From the IMG/VR virus record IMGVR_UViG_2029527006_000005: DNA of 64,000 nt, one strand, 5' to 3'. The notes below the pieces were generated by a model. The model saw only the letters and a program-made list of their open reading frames with translations, was not told the origin of the DNA and searched no databases. Made by a program: the position numbers and the translations under genes. Every line of letters begins with the position of its first letter. Within the stretch, counting starts at the first letter, position 1. This document shows positions 50,404 through 57,404 of this stretch, piece by piece. This DNA comes from a virus. Its lineage: Duplodnaviria > Heunggongvirae > Uroviricota > Caudoviricetes.

Positions 50404-50784
50404 TTATACTGCTACAGATGTAACAATACGGCAATCATCACCAAGTACTTCTACAATTTCTTTCAAAGTCAAGGTAAATTTTACCTTCCCGTTCGCTTTC
50501 AGTACTTGCACCTCATTAGGCCAGATGCCACCGCAACGGAAATAGTAGTCACGGCAAAACTTCAAAAGAGCTTGACAAAGAAACGCATCTTTGTTAAGTT
50601 CACGGCGATTAACTACGCGGGTAGTGATCCCCTCCGCTTTGTAGTCTGCCATTGTTTCTTTTGCGTCTTTGCTGCTAGTCGCTTCGCCAACGTCAGCCCA
50701 TCCATAAGTAGGCACGTATTCCTGTACCATCTTAACAGTACTGAATTTGTTAAAGGTCTGTGCTGGAGTGATTTGATTAGGCAT
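50404..50784 (-). CDS. hypothetical early protein
   Basis: 126 aa, own promoter. Confidence 0.7.
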   Translation of the reverse strand: MPNQITPAQTFNKFSTVKMVQEYVPTYGWADVGEATSSKDAKETMADYKAEGITTRVVNRRELNKDAFLCQALLKFCRDYYFRCGGIWPNEVQVLKANGKVKFTLTLKEIVEVLGDDCRIVTSVAV

Positions 50785-50868
50785 AGTAATATTCTCTTAA
50801 TAGTGTTTCGTTTCGATAAAGTCATTATGCCAGTACTCGATCAGTATGTCAAGTACTGGAGTAAAACT

Positions 50869-51072
50869 TTATACGCCGTAGATCAAATTACTTGCTTTCC
50901 ACTTCCCATCTACTTTACGATGAGTCTCGATAAACATGTTATTGATTGGTGAACGATACCCGATCAAGTCACAACCGTTTCGTGTTGCGGAGATCTTAGC
51001 ACCTTTCTCAGTCAGACCAGTTTCATTGAATACTGACATGTAAACAAAACCCCATACCTTTTGCATCTTCAT
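50869..51072 (-). CDS. hypothetical early protein
   Basis: cassette RBS before MKMQK. Confidence 0.7.
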   Translation of the reverse strand: MKMQKVWGFVYMSVFNETGLTEKGAKISATRNGCDLIGYRSPINNMFIETHRKVDGKWKASNLIYGV

Positions 51073-51175
51073 TTCCTTAATTAATGGGGGAAGATGTTTC
51101 CCCCTATGCAAAACATTATACAGTACTGCAAAAGTAATGCAAGTACGTTCTTCAAATAATATTCAGAAAAAGATG

Positions 51176-51304
51176 TTGACAAGCTGGTGGAGTACTGGCA
51201 TAATACACGCATAGACAAAAACTAACCCACAGGGTGCAGCAGTCCGTCTGTATGATTTAGTACTGTACAAATAAACAGGGGAAGCAATTGCCTCCCCTTC
51301 GTGT
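51176..51304 (+). ncRNA. candidate ~90 nt small RNA unit
   Basis: TTGACA-17-CATAAT, AACCCACAGGGTGCAGCAGTCCGTCT, AGTACTGTAC, GGGGA...TCCCC hairpin. Confidence 0.55.
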
Positions 51305-51537
51305 TATTCTTTCAGAAGTTCAAAGTCGCCGTGGGTCAAATCTTCTGGTTCCCAATCGATCACGTTCCCGATCACGTTCCCGCTTTGAATGTCAACCACT
51401 TCACGGGAGGACTCAAAAATTTCGTATTGCCCAGTAGTTAAACCTTCTAGTACTTGTTGTTCTGTCAGTGATGAATCCACCAGCTTGATTGACACGGAAA
51501 CCATTTCTTTACGCACGAAACCAATTGAGATTGCCAT
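51304..51537 (-). CDS. hypothetical early protein
   Basis: cassette RBS before MAISI. Confidence 0.7.
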   Translation of the reverse strand: MAISIGFVRKEMVSVSIKLVDSSLTEQQVLEGLTTGQYEIFESSREVVDIQSGNVIGNVIDWEPEDLTHGDFELLKE

Positions 51538-51619
51538 GATTCTTTTCCTTAATAGTGGGAGAGAACTATTTCCCTCCCTATGCAAAACATTATACAGTAC
51601 TGAATGAGTAATGCAAGTA

Positions 51620-51880
51620 TTATCTCATAGATCTATGCCAACAATTTCTAGGATCTCTTTTGAAAGTACTATCATGATCCGCTTGACATTCTACGCAGTA
51701 CTTGCAACCCTTAACAGCTTCACGCCTACGCTCAGGAATAGCCCTAGAACAGTCTAGGCAGTGCGTTCTACTTTCGGTAGTACTATCCCCTAGCTGTTTC
51801 CTTGCGTGGCGTATGGCGGCGTTTAGAACGGCCTGAATCTCTTCTTGCTCTGCACCATCTTTTGCAAAACCTACTGCCAT
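51620..51880 (-). CDS. TraR/DksA-family C4 zinc-finger protein
   Basis: MAVGFAKDG-x-EQEEI N-terminus, CLDC-x3-IPERRREAVKGCKYCVECQ, ends SMR (YbiI-like). Confidence 0.88.
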   Translation of the reverse strand: MAVGFAKDGAEQEEIQAVLNAAIRHARKQLGDSTTESRTHCLDCSRAIPERRREAVKGCKYCVECQADHDSTFKRDPRNCWHRSMR

Positions 51881-51936
51881 AAATCCCCCAATAAAAAAGG
51901 CTACCAAGTGGTAGCCTTTTGTGTTAAGCTGTTAAG

Positions 51937-52560
51937 TTATTCAGCGAAAGCGGCTGCTGCTGCTTCTTTATCCACTGCGTGAGCAAGGATAAAATCTTTA
52001 TGGGTAGTGTACCCGCCAGCGGTCATAGCGTCTTTGAGTACCTGCACCATGTTACCAGAAGTTGGCATGTTGTACTGTTTGCCGTCAACCGTTACAGGGA
52101 TGCGGGTAAAGGTGTATTTTGGCTCTTTGTTAACATCGCCGTACTTCTTAGCGATTGCCGCCGTTGCTGCCGCTTCTGCCGCTTCGAGGTCAAGACCCAT
52201 GCCGTTTACAGTGTCCATGAGGAACTTGAGCATGTTTTCTTTTTCTACTTTGATTTCTTCGTCACGTTTGGCGATTTCAGCGAGGCGATCCGCTTTCTTC
52301 GCTTCACGGCGTTGTGCTGCTTCTTCTGCCGCCTGTGCCGCCGCTTTTGCGTTCTCTTTGAGTACTTCTTTCGCGTCTTTAACTGCGAGGGAGAAAGTCA
52401 TACCCAATTTAGATACGCCGTCTTTGTCGCCGCCAATCTTCGCGAGGATAATCGCGAGTGCTTTGTGATCACCAGCTTCGAGAGCGGATTTAAGGGTTAC
52501 ACGTGATGCTGCTTCTGCGTTGTTGGTAGCGGTGTTTGCGTTAGTGTTGATAGTAGTCAT
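51937..52560 (-). CDS. putative H-NS/MvaT-like nucleoid-associated protein
   Basis: Ala/Glu/Lys coiled coil, NGMGLDLE linker, C-terminal PKY...SGN...VLKDAM...GY...DFIL resembling the H-NS DNA-binding domain. Confidence 0.5.
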   Translation of the reverse strand: MTTINTNANTATNNAEAASRVTLKSALEAGDHKALAIILAKIGGDKDGVSKLGMTFSLAVKDAKEVLKENAKAAAQAAEEAAQRREAKKADRLAEIAKRDEEIKVEKENMLKFLMDTVNGMGLDLEAAEAAATAAIAKKYGDVNKEPKYTFTRIPVTVDGKQYNMPTSGNMVQVLKDAMTAGGYTTHKDFILAHAVDKEAAAAAFAE

Positions 52561-52958
52561 TTGTATTTCCTCTTAAAGTTTAGTTAGGTTGTTTGCTGTC
52601 TACGTGGTCATTATCTCAATTTCCCACCAGCTTGTCAAGTACTTTTTAAAACTCTTTTCAATCTTTCTTTCCGAGTCAGCACCAGATATTCATACGACTT
52701 ACTGGCTGTCTACTTAGGGAAGTTAATCTGTCCCGCCGCTCTATGTGATACAGTATGCCTGTTTCCGTTCCATCCGTCAAGTACTTTTTAAGAGATTGAC
52801 AATCTTTTTTTCATTTTCCTTATATTTCAGTACTAAAGCATAACGCCACCAGCAAGCCTATAACGCGTTTAAAGTACTGCCCTAATATGTTTGCTTGCAT
52901 TATTCGTTGAACGGCTTATAGAGCGATACAGAGCGTTTAAATTCATTTGAAAAAGATG

Positions 52959-53090
52959 TTGACAGTACTGATCAAATCCTGTATTATGTATCTCATGAAA
53001 ACAAGCTAACCCATAGGGTGCAGCAGTCCGTCTATAGGATTTAGTACTGTACAAAATAACAGGGGAAGCAATTGCCTCCCCTTGTGTTAT
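52959..53090 (+). ncRNA. candidate ~90 nt small RNA unit
   Basis: TTGACA-17-TATTAT, AACCCATAGGGTGCAGCAGTCCGTCT; close copy of the 51176 unit. Confidence 0.55.
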
Positions 53091-53092
53091 CA

Positions 53093-53539
53093 TTACGCCC
53101 AGATATCACCGCCGATCTTCTGGCAAATGCTAGTACTGACATAGTTGCAATTCATAAGCTCATTGGTTGTGAACAATCCACTGTAGGAGTCTGCCCCGAT
53201 CTTGATACGCTTTTCAACGTGAATACGGGAACAGAAAAATACTTGCTTACTGGTAGTAACCCAAATGCTAGTGCCTAATTCAAAGTGCTGTTGTTCTTCT
53301 GGTAGTTGGCGAGTCTCTATCTCGATATGATACCAGTCTTGCAACGGACGGCCTTTGTAAAAATTGAAGTGATCAATGACCGTTTCCAGATTCGTTTCAG
53401 TATCTACTACCGACACGATCACGGCCTCTTTCTCTTCCATTTGCAGTACTGCCATTGCTTCATGTACAGTGTTTGCGGTTACGTTAGCATCGGTTACGTT
53501 GCCGTCTGGAGTCTTGAAAGTCAGGTAGTAGATAGTCAT
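53093..53539 (-). CDS. hypothetical early protein
   Basis: 148 aa behind a cassette. Confidence 0.7.
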   Translation of the reverse strand: MTIYYLTFKTPDGNVTDANVTANTVHEAMAVLQMEEKEAVIVSVVDTETNLETVIDHFNFYKGRPLQDWYHIEIETRQLPEEQQHFELGTSIWVTTSKQVFFCSRIHVEKRIKIGADSYSGLFTTNELMNCNYVSTSICQKIGGDIWA

Positions 53540-53622
53540 TTTCGTTTCTCTTAATAGTGGGGGAAGATGTTCCCCCTATGCAAATCATTATACGCTTATC
53601 AGGGAGTAATGCAAGTACTTTC

Positions 53623-54240
53623 TTATGCAATTCCCAAAACTTCGCCCGCCTGATTTACTTTAAAATCGTATTCATTAGCTTCGATAGTAGACCAAAGTGC
53701 TTCATCACTTGATTGATAATCATTCTCATCATCAAGCTCTTTATAAACTTTGCTTGACAAGTCGCGAATTGTATCAGTCAAAAACTCTTCCAGTACTTCA
53801 CTCGCTAAAACTTGTTTGTGTGTAAAGTCGATATTATAATCAAGCTCTACGCTACCGCTTACAGTGTTTTCGTGACTGTAGCGGGAAGATCCACGGTTTA
53901 CTTTCGCGTGAATCTCTTCATCGGCAATGATACGATGCAAGCGACGGAATTTAGACCACGCTTTAACCTTGCGTAAAAACTTCTCAAGATTGATATAGTA
54001 GTCAGTACTGATAGATGCACCGTCGCCCTGTGAGCAAAAACCAGACCATTCGATCTCTGCATTATAAATGCCGTATTCAGTGTCTAAATCCGCTTTCCAC
54101 TGATCAGTAATATCTACAGACCAATAAGGGGTAGAGTCCTGATTCTCTAACGCTCGCATAATCTCAATTGCCTGTGCTTTCTGTGCTTCATTCAGTGCGT
54201 CATAAGATACTGCTTTGATAACGTCGATGATGTTTTCCAT
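53623..54240 (-). CDS. conserved hypothetical protein (SGFxSQGDGA motif)
   Basis: WSGFCSQGDGAS, RYSHEN, DYQSSDEA..IEANEYDF; function unknown. Confidence 0.7.
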   Translation of the reverse strand: MENIIDVIKAVSYDALNEAQKAQAIEIMRALENQDSTPYWSVDITDQWKADLDTEYGIYNAEIEWSGFCSQGDGASISTDYYINLEKFLRKVKAWSKFRRLHRIIADEEIHAKVNRGSSRYSHENTVSGSVELDYNIDFTHKQVLASEVLEEFLTDTIRDLSSKVYKELDDENDYQSSDEALWSTIEANEYDFKVNQAGEVLGIA

Positions 54241-54324
54241 AATGCTTTCCTTAATGAGTTGTTTCGTTTGTATGTAAGTATTATAAAGTACTCGCAGAAT
54301 AAAGCAAGTACTTTTAATACTAAC

Positions 54325-54567
54325 TTACAAAGTACCGTTAGCGATCATTTCGTCGGCATTCATAAAGGCCGTTACTTTGTATTCTGAAATATCCACACAA
54401 GGGCAAACAAAACGCTCAAGGTATACAATAGTGCAGTACTGATAACCCTCACGCTCAAAGAAGCGACTAAGCAGATCGTGCAAGTGGTTGGCGTTATCTT
54501 CTGATACTACAACCGCATAAACAATCGCCTTACCTACTGTTGGAGTCATTTTAACAATGCGTAACAT
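54325..54567 (-). CDS. hypothetical early protein
   Basis: AAGGA RBS, own promoter. Confidence 0.65.
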   Translation of the reverse strand: MLRIVKMTPTVGKAIVYAVVVSEDNANHLHDLLSRFFEREGYQYCTIVYLERFVCPCVDISEYKVTAFMNADEMIANGTL

Positions 54568-54809
54568 GTTATTTCCTTAATGTGTTTGTGTGTCTCGTTT
54601 CGATGTAGCTATTATGCAATAGGTAGAAATAGAATGCAAGTACTTTCTCAATTCTTTTTTTATCCTTCCTTATATACATATAGTACTAAATTATTTTCGA
54701 TTTTCTTTTAAAAAGATGTTGACTCCAGCACAGGAAACCCGTATAATGTTTTACATGGAGGCGAAACTCCCGAACCCACAGGGTGCGGAAATGTATCATA
54801 TGAGCGAAA

Positions 54810-54824
54810 TGATAATCATTCGCA
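54810..54824. promoter_or_regulatory. Fur-box-like site
   Basis: TGATAAT-C-ATTCGCA versus 7-1-7 consensus TGATAATnATTATCA. Confidence 0.65.
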
Positions 54825-55060
54825 TTTAAAAAATTAAGGACAGACCCCCGCACCCTGTGGGCTTGAGCATTGTTCTTGCTATGTGTATATAATATCAAAG
54901 TACTGGCAACGTGTCAACAACTTTTTTGCAAAAATAAATGCTTGACATTCCCCCCAGATATTGAGACAATAGCCGTGAACAAAAAAAGCTGATTTGCGAT
55001 ACTGCCGGGAATTATATCTCGACGCGGTAGGCTAGCCAATGGAAAAAACAGGCCAGTACT

Positions 55061-55180
55061 GCAAACGATAATCATTATCATTCTCATCAGCAAATGAGAA
55101 TCAATATCATTCGCAAATGCAAATGAGAACTATTCGCACCTGAGAACCATTCTCAAAAGGAGAACGCTTATCATTCGCAC
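55061..55180. promoter_or_regulatory. tandem array of about five Fur-box-like sites
   Basis: GATAATCATTATCATTCTC (17/19 on reverse strand), TGAGAATCAATATCA, TGAGAACTATTCGCA, TGAGAACCATTCTCA, GGAGAACGCTTATCA. Confidence 0.7.
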
Positions 55181-56176
55181 AAACGCAACTAGCACAACTA
55201 CGCCCAAAATCCGTCCAGAGTACAGGACAAGTACACCCAAAATCCATCCAACATTTCTCACCCTAAAAAGTAACCAGTACTACAATAGTCTTCTCATTCT
55301 TGTGGAGTAACTGTTGCAGTACTGGAAAGCGAATATAGTTCATTTCTTACAGTGGGGATTCTCCCTTCTTATTATTCTTACCTTTACTGTCCTCTATACA
55401 CTAGAGGCTCATTTGAATTCACTTAATATCAGTACTGAATACGTGCACAGTAAGCAGTACTGTTTAGCCTTTTATCTTACAAGAGGTCAGGAGTGTCCGA
55501 CTTCACCATCGCCCTATGACAACTATTATGCCTAAAACCCACCAGCATGTCAACAACTATTTTTCAGTACTGATACTGTTAATTCATCCAGTACTGGTAT
55601 TATGTACATACACGTACACGCAGGGTGGATTCCCAGCTATGACATGTTACCATAGTTCCGCTAACGTGTCAAGTACTTTTGGAGGATCGGCTAACGCGTT
55701 GGTGAGTACTCGAACATTGGGCTGAAGGTTGGTAGGTACTCCAAAATTTCTAGGATCGAGATTTAGGATGGAGTACTTTCCAGATTTTAGCTGAAGGGTG
55801 GATGGTACTTTCCCTGAAAGGTGAAAGGGCTTTTACAAAACAAGGTACAAGTACTTTTCAGTACTTTATACTTCTCTTTAAAGAGAAGATATAGCGGAAG
55901 GGGTCAGTACTGAAGGGTGTGACGCGTGAGTGCTATACTGTAGCTCTCTATGATAGTTGCATCTGTAACTAATCCCCTGAGCTTTTTAAAAATAAAAATA
56001 CTGTACACCTTAACAGTTGGGTATTTTTACAGGTGTTGAATCCTTTCGATAAGCTCCTGTGAGTCGCAATCTACAGGAGCGACACCTGTACTATGTAGTA
56101 CTGAAGTCTTGTCTACGGGCTTCCTATGCGTTCTGGTGTGGTATGGTATAGGATGTTCTTTGTGGTGTCTATAGGG

Positions 56177-56191
56177 TAAATATGTTATAAT
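56177..56191 (+). promoter_or_regulatory. composite TAAATA + extended -10 promoter
   Basis: TAAATATGTTATAAT; the motif recurs at 57370 and 61861. Confidence 0.65.
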
Positions 56192-56212
56192 GATAATTAT
56201 ATAGGGGGATAT

Positions 56213-57331
56213 ATGATACCTTTTGCGAGGATAGTTACTTACGGGAATGTAGTACAAAGAGTTCAGATAGTTAAGGTTATCTGTTCATATTCCAACGTAT
56301 ACGTTTTGTACGGTGATGGTGAGTTATATGGATGTGGGGCTAATAACACGTTACAATTAAACGTAGCTGGTACACAAACACGTAAGGATTGGGTATTAGT
56401 TGCTAGTGGTGTACAAGATGCTTGGTGTGGTGCATATAGTGTAGTATATTATAATGGTAGTACCTACCGTATGCATGGTAGTATTTTGCCACTTGGAAGT
56501 ACTTCAGGATCTACGACAATAGCGTTGGGTGGTATAGATGTAACTAGTACGTTCCCTGCATATAATGTTGTACGGGATATAACGGTGGGTCAAGAGACTA
56601 TGCACTACCTTCACTCTAATGGATATGTCATATATGGTCGTGGAAACAATGCTACTTTATATACATTAGGAGGTGGTATTACTAGTGCACAGAATACATT
56701 TACTAGTGTAATGACGCTTGGTGGTGCTACTATAGTTGATATGTATGAAACACAAGATGATACTGTATTTTTAACTAGTACAGGAGATGTACGGGCATGT
56801 GGTAAGAGTACTTATGGTGCGATTGGATTACCTGCTGGGGGTTATGCGACGATGTTAGTAAGGACGAGTTCTGCTTCATTGATTGGTGGTAACTCTATGA
56901 GTACTATAGTTTATAAAGGTGGTGGTATTATAGATTATGCGGGTTGGCAGTACAATGGTCAATTGGGTAATGGATTAGCTACTAACGTACAGGTAACTTC
57001 TTTTACGAGGAATAGTACTGGTGTTGACACTGATATTCATAAAATAGGGAAGTCACAAACTGGATCATATATTAATATGTTTGCTACTACTGGTGGTGAT
57101 ATATATACAACGGGTATATTTGGTCGAAATGGGACGAATTCGGCATTAAGTTCATGGACGAAGACATTAACGGTTCCGAATTACGATCCTGAAAAGTCTG
57201 CGTTATATATGTGTTCTAACTTCACGTTAGTATACGATGGTGTTAGTAAGATTTATGTTACTGGTAGTCCTGTGTATTTGCCGGGAAGTATATCATCGGT
57301 GCAGTGGGATGAGCTTCAAATGCCGAGATAA
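56213..57331 (+). CDS. RCC1/BLIP-II-like beta-propeller protein, MIPFAR family
   Basis: N-terminal MIPFARIVTYGN; GELYGCGAN, GDVRACG and NGQLGNG repeats. Confidence 0.75.
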   Translation: MIPFARIVTYGNVVQRVQIVKVICSYSNVYVLYGDGELYGCGANNTLQLNVAGTQTRKDWVLVASGVQDAWCGAYSVVYYNGSTYRMHGSILPLGSTSGSTTIALGGIDVTSTFPAYNVVRDITVGQETMHYLHSNGYVIYGRGNNATLYTLGGGITSAQNTFTSVMTLGGATIVDMYETQDDTVFLTSTGDVRACGKSTYGAIGLPAGGYATMLVRTSSASLIGGNSMSTIVYKGGGIIDYAGWQYNGQLGNGLATNVQVTSFTRNSTGVDTDIHKIGKSQTGSYINMFATTGGDIYTTGIFGRNGTNSALSSWTKTLTVPNYDPEKSALYMCSNFTLVYDGVSKIYVTGSPVYLPGSISSVQWDELQMPR

Positions 57332-57336
57332 TAATA

Positions 57337-57366
57337 GGTCAGTACAGGAGTGTACTGGCCTTTTTT
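57337..57366 (+). terminator. intrinsic terminator
   Basis: GGTCAGTACA-GGAG-TGTACTGGCC-TTTTTT. Confidence 0.8.
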
Positions 57367-57369
57367 GGT

Positions 57370-57384
57370 TAAATATGATATAAT
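57370..57384 (+). promoter_or_regulatory. composite TAAATA + extended -10 promoter
   Basis: TAAATATGATATAAT. Confidence 0.65.
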
Positions 57385-57404
57385 GATTAATTATGGGGGA
57401 TTAT

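Larger units (their letters stand above)
36313..53618 (-). repeat. dispersed promoter + 5' stem-loop + RBS cassette (11 copies)
   Basis: AGTAC-TTG(C/A)AT-~16-TATAAT, then a GGGG(G)AA...TTCCCCC hairpin and TTAAGGAA RBS; copies near 36313, 37021, 37684, 45264, 45691, 46535, 47592, 48292, 51073, 51546, 53546. Confidence 0.85.
36448..54863. repeat. dispersed (A/G)CCC(ACA/ATA)GGGTG element, 12 copies, each just downstream of a sigma70 promoter
   Basis: minus: 36448, 37837, 41299, 46876, 49585, 54850; plus: 42919, 44850, 49515, 51224, 53008, 54773. Confidence 0.9.
35500..56100. other. putative pre-early region / long terminal repeat
   Basis: abrupt change to small single-gene units with consensus sigma70 promoters, higher GC, dense Chi sites and a non-coding distal end; boundaries approximate. 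Confidence 0.5.

Noticed and set aside
44928-51585. Shared N-terminal peptide HRGKHLPPLIKE in several ORF-track proteins
   Set aside because: It is translation of the repeated 5' hairpin cassette; the true starts lie downstream of the AAGGA RBS
50368-52506. Long plus-strand ORFs 50368..50952, 51979..52506 and 52007..52468
   Set aside because: Antisense shadows of minus-strand genes that have their own promoters and RBSs
53623-54240. Antitoxin label for the SGFxSQGDGA protein
   Set aside because: I recall such automated labels for this motif, but there is no cognate toxin or other support in the sequence
36448-54863. CCCACAGGG units as a CRISPR array, crRNA mimic or CsrB-like RNA
   Set aside because: The copies are dispersed on both strands with no repeat-spacer periodicity, do not resemble type I-E/I-F repeats as I recall them, and the loop lacks the GGA needed for CsrA
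52869-56257. ORFs 52869..53093, 54686..54898, 55314..55535, 55516..55725 and 56027..56257
   Set aside because: They run across promoters and repeat motifs, lack an RBS and have atypical composition
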